DNA from: Planctomycetota bacterium
GTDB lineage: Bacteria; Planctomycetota; UBA1135; UBA2386
NCBI GenBank assembly: GCA_035305285.1
Contig: DATGPD010000155.1
Span: 1-25,491, forward strand
Direction: 5' to 3'
DNA length: 25,491 bases
A program made the translations under genes and the position numbers. This document shows, piece by piece, positions 1 to 9,403 of the stretch (the first letter of the stretch is position 1; each line of letters starts with the position of its first letter). The notes beneath the pieces were generated by a model that saw nothing but the letters and a program-made list of their open reading frames with translations, was not told the DNA's origin and made no database searches.

Positions 1-145
1 GCGGCGCCTGCTCCCTGGTCAGCTCGTGCAGCTTCTGGAACTCCGCTTCATCGAGCACCCCGGTCCAGCGCATGGGCGGGGTCTGGGCGGGCTTGTCGTC
101 CTGGATTGCGGCGACGGCGGCCGCGAGCGCGAGGCAACACAGCAT
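1..145 (-). CDS. Exported hypothetical protein, N-terminus only (runs off the left edge)
   Basis: Not in the ORF track. My translation from ATG 145: MLCCLALAAAVAAIQDDKPAQTPPMRWTGVLDEAEFQKLHELTREQAP. Hydrophobic signal-peptide-like start, GC-rich third positions, divergent from the gene at 298. Confidence 0.6.
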   Translation of the reverse strand, partial: MLCCLALAAAVAAIQDDKPAQTPPMRWTGVLDEAEFQKLHELTREQAP

Positions 146-280
146 GCGCGCATTCGAGCGCGCGCGGCCCGCGACGGGCGCGCCAATCTCGCCCGAGATG
201 TGCGCGCGCGGCGCACGACGCGGCCGGAGCACGCGGCGCGCGAACCCGGAAACCTTGCGGCCGGCCGCGCGCGACCGCCG

Positions 281-286
281 TATCGT
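281..286 (+). promoter_or_regulatory. Putative sigma70-type -10 box TATCGT
   Basis: TAnnnT hexamer 11 nt upstream of ATG 298, no Shine-Dalgarno; the same hexamer precedes gluQ. Confidence 0.4.
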
Positions 287-297
287 CCGCGGCGACC

Positions 298-1625
<1,328 letters not shown>

Positions 1626-1629
<4 letters not shown>

Positions 1630-3131
1630 GTCTGTTCGAGGTGAAGGACATCGACGCGATGCGCGCCGACGCGGCGGGCGAGGGCTCCGGGCTGCGCCGC
1701 GTGCTCGGCACCAAGCAGCTCGTGTTCCTCGGGATCGGTGCGGTGATCGGCGCGGGCATCTTCTCGACCCTCGGCGACGCGGCCGCGGGCAGCGCGGACC
1801 GCGCCGGCGCCGGGCCGGCGGTGGTGCTCTCGTTCCTGCTCCTCGGCGGCGTGTGCGCGCTCGCCGGCCTGTGCTACGCCGAGATGGCGGCGATGCTGCC
1901 GGCCGCGGGTTCGGCGTACACCTACTCGTACCTGACGCTCGGCCGCCTGGCGGCGTGGATCGTCGGCTGGAACCTGATCCTGGAGTACGCGATCGGCAAC
2001 GTCGGGGTCGCGATCTCGTGGTCGAGCTACCTGCAGGGCGTGCTCGGCGCGTTCGGGGTGACCCTGCCCGGCTGGCTCGGGGTCGGGTGGTACGACCTGC
2101 AGGAGCAGATCGCGACCGCCGTGGCGCTCGGCGACGCCGCCGAGCGGGCCAGACTCGAAGCGATCGCCGCCGACGCACCGGGGCTGTTCGGGCAGCCGCT
2201 GTGCATCAACCTGCCCGCGGTCGCGATCACCGCGGTGATCACCATGCTCCTCGTGCGCGGCATCCGCGAGAGCGCGCGTGCCAACGACGTGATGGTGTTG
2301 ATCAAGCTCGTCGTGCTCGTGCTGTTCCTCGGCGTCGGCGCGTTCTACGTCGATCCGGGCAACTGGCGGCCGTTCGCGCCCAACGGCTGGACCGGCATCC
2401 ATCAGGGCGCGGCGATCGTGTTCTTCGCGTTCATCGGCTTCGACGCGATCTCGACCGCGGCCGAGGAGACCAGGGATCCGCAGCGCACGATGCCGCGCGG
2501 CATCCTCGGCGCGCTCGCGATCTGCACGCTGATCTACATGGCGGTCGGGGCGGTCGCGACCGGCATGCTGCCGTACGCGCAGCTCAAGGCGTCGAACCCC
2601 CTGGTGACCGCGTTCGAGCAGGCGCACCTGCCGGCCGTCGAACTGATCGTCGGTCTCGGCGCGGTCGTGTCGATGACCGCGGTCCTGCTCGTGTTCCAGC
2701 TCGGCCAGCCCCGCATCCTGATGGCCATGGCGCGCGACGGCCTGATGCCGCGCCGGTTCGGCGCGGTGCACGGTACCTACCGCACGCCGCACGTCGCGAC
2801 GGTGCTCACCGGCGTGTTCGTCGGCCTCGCCACCGCGGTCATGGACGACGGGCTCGCCTACGAGCTGTGCAACATCGGCACGTTGCTCGCGTTCGCGTCG
2901 GTCAGCCTCGGCGTGCTCGTGCTGCGCGTCAAACGCCCCGACCTGCCCCGCCCGTTCCGCGTGCCGGCGGTCTGGGTCGTCGCGCCGCTGGCGATCGCGG
3001 CCTGCGTCTACACCATGGCCGGCCTGCCGGCGACTTCGTGGACGCGGTTCGTCGTCTGGCTCGGGATCGGACTCGTGCTGTTCTTCGCGTTCGCGCGGCG
3101 GTCTGGTCCGGCGGCCGGCGGAGTGCGATAA
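1626..3131 (+). CDS. Amino acid permease, APC superfamily (cationic amino acid transporter-like)
   Basis: GIGAVIGAGIF, CYAEMAAMLPAAGSAYTYSY, FFAFIGFDAISTAAEE, PRILMAMARDG, RPFRVP. ATGA overlap with the upstream stop; purine-rich SD GAAGGAGAGG. Confidence 0.93.
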
Positions 3132-3144
3132 GGGCCGCCTAGCC

Positions 3145-4182
3145 GTGGTGCAGTTCCAGGACTACTACGCCGTGCTCGGCGTCCCGCGCGACGCTTCCGC
3201 CGAGGACATCAAGAAGGCCTACCGCAAGCTCGCGATGCGGTGGCACCCCGACCGCCACCCGGAGAAGGAGCGCCCCAAGGCCGAGGCGGAGTTCAAGAAG
3301 ATCAGCGAGGCTTACGAGGTGCTCTCCGATCCGAACAAGCGCAAGCGCTACGACCAGCTCGGCGCGCGCTGGCAGGAGGGCGAGCAGTTCGCCGGCGACG
3401 CGGGCTGGCGGCAGGTCGATCCGGAGGAGTTCGCGCGCATGTTCGGCGGCGCGAGCGCGTTCTCGGACTTCTTCACCCGCTTCTTCGGCGACCAGATGGG
3501 GCGCGACGTGGGCTGGGGGCCGCGCCGGCACGCGCGCTACGCCGAGCGCGGCGCCGACGTGCGCGCCACGCTCGAGCTGACCGCGGACGAGGCGATCGCC
3601 GGCGGCAAGCGCGAGTTCTCGCTGACCGCCACGGGCCCGTGCGCGCGCTGCGGCGGCGTGGGCTTCCTCGGCGATCACGTCTGTCCGGCGTGCGCCGGGA
3701 TCGGCACGGTGCGCACCACGAAGACGGTCGCGCTGAAGATCCCCGAGGACGTGCGCGACGGGCTCACCGTGCGCCTGCGTGGGCTGGGCGAGCCGGGCAC
3801 CGACGGTGCCGAGCCCGGCGACCTGCTGCTGACGATCCAGTTGACGCCCGGCGAGGTCTACCGCGTGCGCGGCTCGGACGTGGAGGCGGACGTACCGGTC
3901 ACGCCGTGGGAGGCGCTGCACGGCACCCAGGTGGAGGTGCGGACCGCGCGCGGGGTCGCGACCGCGCGCGTGCCCGCCGGCAGCCGCGCCGGCAGCAAGC
4001 TCCGCCTGCGCGGCCAGGGCCTGGCGAACGCGGCCGGCGGGCACGGCGACTTCTACATCGTGCTCCGCTACGCCCTGCCCGAGCCGCTCAGCAGCCGGCA
4101 GCGCGAGCTGCTGGAGCAGATGGCGGCGGCCGGACCGGGGCGGGTGACCGGCGGCGCGCGCATCGACGGAGGCGGGTCATGA
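3145..4182 (+). CDS. cbpA: DnaJ-family chaperone, CbpA (curved DNA-binding protein)-like
   Basis: J-domain (QDYYAVLGV, WHPDRH), G/F-rich linker, C-terminal DnaJ_C region (GDLLL, VTPWEALHG, LRLRGQG); followed by a cbpM-like gene. Confidence 0.85.
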   Translation: MVQFQDYYAVLGVPRDASAEDIKKAYRKLAMRWHPDRHPEKERPKAEAEFKKISEAYEVLSDPNKRKRYDQLGARWQEGEQFAGDAGWRQVDPEEFARMFGGASAFSDFFTRFFGDQMGRDVGWGPRRHARYAERGADVRATLELTADEAIAGGKREFSLTATGPCARCGGVGFLGDHVCPACAGIGTVRTTKTVALKIPEDVRDGLTVRLRGLGEPGTDGAEPGDLLLTIQLTPGEVYRVRGSDVEADVPVTPWEALHGTQVEVRTARGVATARVPAGSRAGSKLRLRGQGLANAAGGHGDFYIVLRYALPEPLSSRQRELLEQMAAAGPGRVTGGARIDGGGS

Positions 4183-4424
4183 CCTCGGCCGAGGTGCGCT
4201 GGATCGCCTTCGAGGCGGTCGCGCGGATCTACCGGGTCGACGTGGAATGGTTGCTGCGTGCGGAGGACCTCGGCGTGCTGCCGAACGTCGAGCGGCGCGC
4301 CGGCACGGCGCTCCTGCCCGCCGACGACCTCGACCGGGTCGCGGCCGCGGTGCGCTGGCACCTGCACTTCGGCGTCGACCTCGACGTGATCGCCGCGTTG
4401 CTGAGCGAGGTGCCGCGGCGGTGA
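4179..4424 (+). CDS. Chaperone modulator CbpM-like small MerR-type protein
   Basis: 81 aa, ATGA overlap with cbpA. MTSAEVRWIAFEAVARIYRVDVEWL...DLDRVAAAVRWHLHFGVDLDVIAALL fits the CbpM/MerR_2 pattern and its usual gene context. Confidence 0.72.
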   Translation: MTSAEVRWIAFEAVARIYRVDVEWLLRAEDLGVLPNVERRAGTALLPADDLDRVAAAVRWHLHFGVDLDVIAALLSEVPRR

Positions 4425-4446
4425 CCGCGCGGGGGCGGCCAGCGAA

Positions 4447-5691
4447 CTAGAGGTCGAGCCCGTGGGCCGGCAGGTAGCGCGTGCGTACGCGCTTGCCGGA
4501 CGCGATGAACACCGCCTCGAACTGTTCGGGCGTGCTGCCCGGCCCGCTCCCGGTGAGCCAGGCGAGCAGGCGGCGCGCGGACGCGACGACCTCGGGGTCC
4601 TCGTCACGCGCGACCAGCGACACCAGGATCCCGACGCAGCGCTCGTCGCCCTGGCGCACGAGGCAGCGTGCCGCGAGCAGGCGCTCCTGCGGCCCCATCC
4701 CGGGCACACGTGCCACCAGCGCCTCGGGGTCGGCGGCGCCGTGCGCCTCGAGGCAGTGCAGCGCGAACACGCGGAGCGCCTCCGGCGCGAGGTCGTCGCT
4801 CGCGACCTTCCACACCGCGGTCGCGTGGTCGAGGACCTTCTCGTTGTGCACGAGGAACTCGAGTGCCGCGCGGCGAACCTCCTCGGCCCGGTTCTGCAGG
4901 CAGCTGACCGCCAGCTCGGCGTGGTCGTACTCGAGGTCGCGCGCGAGCGCGCGGAGCGCCTGCGCGGCGGCGCGCGGCTCGCCGTGGGTGACGAACACCA
5001 GCACGCGCTCGCGCAGCGCGGCGCTCGGCCGCTGCGGGAACGCGCGCACGGCCAGCTCACCCTCCTCGCGGTCGTCGGAGAGGAGCGAGCGCATCAGCAG
5101 GTCGTCCGGGATCGTCCCGCCGTCGCGCGCGATTGCGGCGAGCATGCCGAGGCGCGCGCCGCGGTCCTCGCTCTGCAGCAACTCCGCGATCTGGTCGGGG
5201 TCGATGGCGCGCAGGGCGTGTGCGACGCCGATCGCCGCGGCCCGGAGGCCGCCGCCACCGCCGCCGCCACCCCCGCCGCCGACGGCGATCGTGTACGGGA
5301 TCTCGCGCGCCTCGAGCACGCGCGCGCATTCGAGCAGAGCCTTGCGCTCGCGGCCGTCGGTCGTCTTGCGCAGCAGCGCACCGATCGCCTGCTCGAGCGC
5401 GGCGCGATCCTCGCTCGCGCGCAGCCGTTCGAGCAGGCGGGCGCGGTCGCCGGGATGCCACGTGCGCGCGAGCTGCACGACCGCGGCGCGCAGCCGTGCC
5501 TCGGCGGGCGGCGTCGGTTGCACGCGCTCGCGCACGACGATCTTCGGGCCGTTGAGCATCGCCGACCAGGCGAAGCCGGCCGCGGCGACCAGGCTGAACA
5601 CCATGCCGACCCGCGTCCAGCGCACCTGGTCGATGCCCCGGCGCGGCGCATCCGGCTGCGGCGGCGCCGCCTTCTGCCTGCGCGTCCTCAT
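4447..5691 (-). CDS. HEAT-repeat protein with N-terminal TM anchor (last gene of left pilin operon, D1)
   Basis: Basic N-terminus, TM segment VGMVFSLVAAAGFAWSAML, repeated helical units (EEVRRAALEFL, AAAQALRALA, VVASARRLL), Gly11 linker; ATGA-coupled to the upstream PilX-like gene. Confidence 0.75.
   Translation of the reverse strand: MRTRRQKAAPPQPDAPRRGIDQVRWTRVGMVFSLVAAAGFAWSAMLNGPKIVVRERVQPTPPAEARLRAAVVQLARTWHPGDRARLLERLRASEDRAALEQAIGALLRKTTDGRERKALLECARVLEAREIPYTIAVGGGGGGGGGGGLRAAAIGVAHALRAIDPDQIAELLQSEDRGARLGMLAAIARDGGTIPDDLLMRSLLSDDREEGELAVRAFPQRPSAALRERVLVFVTHGEPRAAAQALRALARDLEYDHAELAVSCLQNRAEEVRRAALEFLVHNEKVLDHATAVWKVASDDLAPEALRVFALHCLEAHGAADPEALVARVPGMGPQERLLAARCLVRQGDERCVGILVSLVARDEDPEVVASARRLLAWLTGSGPGSTPEQFEAVFIASGKRVRTRYLPAHGLDL
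5248..5280 (-). repeat. Poly-glycine coding tract, 11 GGN codons
   Basis: Minus strand reads GGC GGC GGG GGT GGC GGC GGC GGT GGC GGC GGC. Confidence 0.9.
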
Positions 5692-6773
5692 CGACTCAAC
5701 TCCTGCCAGCCGTTGAACGCGACGTACAGCCCGGCCGACGAGCGCGCGAGGTCGATCGCCGCCGAGGAGTACTGCAGGTCGAAGTTGCCGCGCAGGTCGG
5801 CGTAGGCGGCCGCCGGCCCCTGCACGAGCGCGCCGCGGACCACCGTGGAGCCGGTGCCGCTGTCGATGTTGCCGAGGACGATGATGATGCCGTCGAAGTA
5901 GAGGTTGCCGGTGAGCACCAGGTTGCCGGTGACCACCAGGATCCCCGCGCCGCGGCTGGTGCCGGTCAGCTTGAGGTCGCCGTTGCGGTACGTCAGGCGC
6001 GCATCGCCGATCGCCGCGTTGCCGAACTGCAGGTTGGAGTAGTGGCTGCTGGTGAGCACCGTGTCGGCCACGTTCTGCACGATGTTCGTGACGTCGGTGA
6101 GGTCGATCGGCGGCACGGTCCCGAGGCTCGGCGTGCCGCCCGGACCGAGGATGCGGTTGCCCTCGGCAGGGGTGAGCATTCCGAGCAGGTCGGTGAGGGT
6201 GCCCGGCTGGAAGATCGCGAGGCCGGGGACGTCACCCGAGCCGTCGATGTCGAAGCCGCTGTCCTGCGCCGAGCCGCCGATCCGGAAGTCGAGCGACGGG
6301 TTGCTGATCGCCATCGCGGCGCGCACGTCGGGCATCAACGGCACCGGGCCGAGGTACGCGGCGAGCCGGCGGGTCTGGTTGCGGTAGCGGCCGGTGACGA
6401 CGACCTGGAACACGTCCTCGTCGGGTTCGTCGGCGAAGCCGTCGTTGTCGTTGTCGTGCCCGTCGTAGAGCAGGTGCGTGGCGACCAGGCTCCAGCTCGT
6501 GTCGACCGCGAGGTTGCCGCTGTGCGTCGAGCCGTCGAGCAGCAGCCCGCGCCGGCCGAGGAAGATCGCGAAGTCGACGCCGGACTCGGCGGCGTGCAGG
6601 GCCTTCTCGCGCGCCCGTTCGAGCCCGAGCGCGTCGGTGCGCGACATCAGCACGCTGCTGAACACGCCGACCAGGAGCACCGCGGGCACGAGCGTGCCGA
6701 GCACCAGGACGAGCGCGAACCCGGACTGTTCGGCGGCCGGGTCGGGCGTGCGGCGCGGTTGCTGGGTCATCAT
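5688..6773 (-). CDS. PilX/GspK-like minor pilin with a large C-terminal domain (C1)
   Basis: Start ATG 6773 after SD GGAGGT. Class III leader ...EQSG|FALVLVL lacking Glu5 (a PilX/GspK trait), then AREKALHAAESGVD, which is PilX N-terminal-like. Gly-rich beta-repeat C-terminus. Confidence 0.8.
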   Translation of the reverse strand: MMTQQPRRTPDPAAEQSGFALVLVLGTLVPAVLLVGVFSSVLMSRTDALGLERAREKALHAAESGVDFAIFLGRRGLLLDGSTHSGNLAVDTSWSLVATHLLYDGHDNDNDGFADEPDEDVFQVVVTGRYRNQTRRLAAYLGPVPLMPDVRAAMAISNPSLDFRIGGSAQDSGFDIDGSGDVPGLAIFQPGTLTDLLGMLTPAEGNRILGPGGTPSLGTVPPIDLTDVTNIVQNVADTVLTSSHYSNLQFGNAAIGDARLTYRNGDLKLTGTSRGAGILVVTGNLVLTGNLYFDGIIIVLGNIDSGTGSTVVRGALVQGPAAAYADLRGNFDLQYSSAAIDLARSSAGLYVAFNGWQELSR

Positions 6774-6789
6774 CGTCACCTCCGTGGCG

Positions 6790-7419
6790 TCAGTTGTTGC
6801 GCAGGAACACCGAGCGCTGCAGCACGGCGCGCTCGACGCCGCCGTCACCGCCGCGGCGCGCCACGCCGATGCGGATCTGCAGCACGCGGCCCTCGAGCAT
6901 GAACTGGCAGTGCTCGACGTTCGGCAGGACGGCGACGCGCGTGCCTTCGTGCAGGAGCACGATCTGGCCCTCGTCGACCATCCCGTCGCCGTCGTCGTCG
7001 AGGTCGTTGTCGACCTCGCCCGGATCGAGCACGAAGTCGATCTCGCGCTGCGAGGTGCTGAGCCGCGCGTTCATCGACAGCAGGCCGGAGGCGGACAGGA
7101 AGCGCAGCCCCGGCCGCCACACCAGGTCGCTCGGCTCGATCCACTCGCCGACCGCCGACGCCAGGCCGAGCGCGACGTCGCTGGCCACCGCGCGCATGCG
7201 CAGGGTCGACATCTTGCAGCTCTGCGCGAACTCGGCGGTGGTCTGGAACGCGCGCTGCAACTGCGCCATGCACTGGCTGGACGTCGCGTTGCTGTCCACG
7301 GTCTTGCCGACCGTCTGGGTGAGCTGCACCGCGCCGAGCAGGAGCGGCAGCAGGAATGCGACGCCGAGCAGCAGCTCGAGCATCGACACGCCGGACTCCG
7401 CGTTCGTCCTGTCGCTCAC
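6790..7419 (-). CDS. PilW/GspJ-like minor pilin (B1)
   Basis: GTG start in a GTGA overlap; NAESG|VSMLELLLGVAFLL prepilin motif with Glu5; DDDGDGMVDE loop; ends LRNN. Confidence 0.8.
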   Translation of the reverse strand: MSDRTNAESGVSMLELLLGVAFLLPLLLGAVQLTQTVGKTVDSNATSSQCMAQLQRAFQTTAEFAQSCKMSTLRMRAVASDVALGLASAVGEWIEPSDLVWRPGLRFLSASGLLSMNARLSTSQREIDFVLDPGEVDNDLDDDGDGMVDEGQIVLLHEGTRVAVLPNVEHCQFMLEGRVLQIRIGVARRGGDGGVERAVLQRSVFLRNN

Positions 7420-7877
7420 GAGCGGCGCTCCCCGATCAGGCCGATGACCCTCTCGCGGCGGTTGCCCGCCGCGCCGCGCCACGCCACGGTGACCGTCACG
7501 CGATAGAGCACGGTCGATCCGCCGCTCGCATAGACCGCGACCTGGATCTCGCCGGGCAGGCCGTCGGGATCGCCGGGCTGGGCGGTCAGGCCGCCCGGCC
7601 CGCCGAGATGGTTCGGGACGTCGAAGCCGGTCCCGTGCAGCGAAGGGAGGTCGGCGAACGGCAGCCCGCGCAGCCGGGCGAACACGTCGGCGATCGCGTT
7701 GTTCGCGAGCGTCGTCTCATGGTTGACCGCGCGATGCGCGCTCTGCCGCACGCTGGTCGTCACCAGCGCGCCGCCGACGATCAGCGCCACCCCGCACGCC
7801 ATCATCAGGTCGAGCAGGATCGCGCCGCGTTCGTTCGCGGGCGTCTGCGGTCGCGATTCGGTAGGGACGGCGTCCAT
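7416..7877 (-). CDS. PilV/GspI-like minor pilin (A1)
   Basis: NERG|AILLDLMMACGVALIV hydrophobic helix and C-terminal LYRVTVTVAWR strand typical of PilV/GspI. Start uncertain (ATG 7877 or ATG 7919). Confidence 0.72.
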   Translation of the reverse strand: MDAVPTESRPQTPANERGAILLDLMMACGVALIVGGALVTTSVRQSAHRAVNHETTLANNAIADVFARLRGLPFADLPSLHGTGFDVPNHLGGPGGLTAQPGDPDGLPGEIQVAVYASGGSTVLYRVTVTVAWRGAAGNRRERVIGLIGERRS

Positions 7878-8224
7878 CTCCAGCGGCTCTATCGAGCGCC
7901 GGCCGTCGCGGACGTGCATCGTTCCTGGCGCGCGACCCGGGCCGCGGTCCGGACCGGCGGCGGCATGGCGGCTTCCCGCGCCCCGCTCCGCAGTCGCAGA
8001 GCGAGAGGATGCGCCGGCGCGGCAGCGCGCAGCACGAGGGTGCGGCTGCGCCGTCCCGCTCCGGACAGCTGTGGCCGGTCGGCACGCCCACGTGTCTCGT
8101 TCTGCGCCGGGCGCGTTCGCGCCGTCGGCACCGCGGGTTCGCCGCCGTGTCGCGCACGAGCGCACGGACGGGTGAGCCGGATCCCGTCACCCTTGCCGCG
8201 CTGCGGTCGATGAGGACAGACGAC

Positions 8225-8758
8225 ATGGGCTGCACAGGCCGCAAATCGTGGCGTGGCGCGCGCGGGCGGGACGAGCCGGCGCGCGCGGGCAGCGTGCGGA
8301 AGGACCTCGACCGCACGCGGGCCGCGGCGCACGCACGCGGCCGCGAGGCGGGCAGCTCGCTGGTCGAGGTCATGGTCGCGCTCGCCGCGAGCGCGGTGGT
8401 CATCGGCGCCCTCCTGAGCGGCGTGGTCGCGCTCAACGCGCAGCGCAAGCTGCGCGAGGAGCGCATCCTCGCGCAGATCGCCTGCCGCAACGTCCTCGAA
8501 GAACTGCGGCGGACGAGCATCGAGGACCTTCCTGCGGCGGACGGCCGCGGCTTCGCGGTGCCCGGGATCGGCGGCACGGGCAGCGGCCTCGCGTGCGTGC
8601 CCGGCGACCCGGACGGGCTGCCCGGCGAGGTGCGGGTCGTGCCCGAGCGCGTCTGGGGCGGCGAAGTCCTCTACCGGGTGACCGCCGTCGTCGAGTGGCG
8701 GCGGGGCCGCGGCTCGGCGCGCGCCCAACTGACCACATTGATGGGAAGGCGGCGATGA
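8225..8758 (+). CDS. PilV/GspI-like minor pilin (A2)
   Basis: REAG|SSLVEVMVALAASAVVIG motif, LYRVTAVVEWR; paralog of A1 (shared PGDPDGLPGE). Start uncertain (ATG 8225 with AGGA upstream, or ATG 8210, or GTG 8294). Confidence 0.78.
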   Translation: MGCTGRKSWRGARGRDEPARAGSVRKDLDRTRAAAHARGREAGSSLVEVMVALAASAVVIGALLSGVVALNAQRKLREERILAQIACRNVLEELRRTSIEDLPAADGRGFAVPGIGGTGSGLACVPGDPDGLPGEVRVVPERVWGGEVLYRVTAVVEWRRGRGSARAQLTTLMGRRR

Positions 8759-9384
8759 AGGCGGACGCCGGCCACGAAGCGGGAACGTCGCTGGTGGAGG
8801 TCGTGGTCGCGGCGTCGATCCTGCTCGTGGTCCTGGTCGCCGTGGGTTCGACCGCGGAGACCGCCAGCCGCACGATGCGGACCAACGACGAGCGCGCCGC
8901 GACCACCGAGCGCATGCTGCGCTTCCTGCAGCGCGTGGCGCCGATGACCCGGGCCGGCGTGCTGTCCACCTACCGGGTCGAGGCCACCGTCGCAGACCTG
9001 TCGGCGGATCGCGCGAGCGCGCCGGGCGAGTGGATCGAGCCCATCGACGGCGAGCCGCGCGCGGCGATCCGGTTCCAGGCGGCGGACGGCAACCTCGCGC
9101 TGCGCGCCGGGTCGCTGACCGCGCCGATCGTGCTCCGCTACGTGCGCGACCCAGCGGAGGCCACGGGCGCGCCCGGGATCGACGACGACGGCAACGGCCT
9201 GATCGACGACGGCCGCATCGTGCTCGTGCACCAGGGCGTGGAGACGACCGTGGCGACCGGGGTGGAGGAGTGCTCGTTCACGCTCGAGGGCGCGTCGCTG
9301 GTCGTGACCCTGCGGGCCGCGCGGCGCCGGTCGACCGACCCGCCGCTGCAGTTCGAACAGGTCCACGTGCTGCGCAACAACTGA
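8755..9384 (+). CDS. PilW/GspJ-like minor pilin (B2)
   Basis: ATGA overlap; HEAG|TSLVEVVVAASILLVVL; GEWIEP and DDDGNGLIDD shared with B1; ends LRNN. Confidence 0.82.
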   Translation: MKADAGHEAGTSLVEVVVAASILLVVLVAVGSTAETASRTMRTNDERAATTERMLRFLQRVAPMTRAGVLSTYRVEATVADLSADRASAPGEWIEPIDGEPRAAIRFQAADGNLALRAGSLTAPIVLRYVRDPAEATGAPGIDDDGNGLIDDGRIVLVHQGVETTVATGVEECSFTLEGASLVVTLRAARRRSTDPPLQFEQVHVLRNN

Positions 9385-9403
9385 TCGGAGGAGGAAGGCT
9401 GCG

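Noticed and set aside
8171-8191. GGTGA-N11-TCACC inverted repeat in the pilin control region
   Set aside because: Arms of 5 bp are expected by chance, and the spacing does not match CRP/FNR sites.
7548-8629. Inverted 30-bp match (27/30) between A1 and A2, suggesting a shufflon or invertible switch
   Set aside because: All three differences are at synonymous third positions of PGDPDGLPGE, so this is protein conservation. No recombinase or dedicated crossover repeats are in the window. Read mapping for both orientations would settle it.
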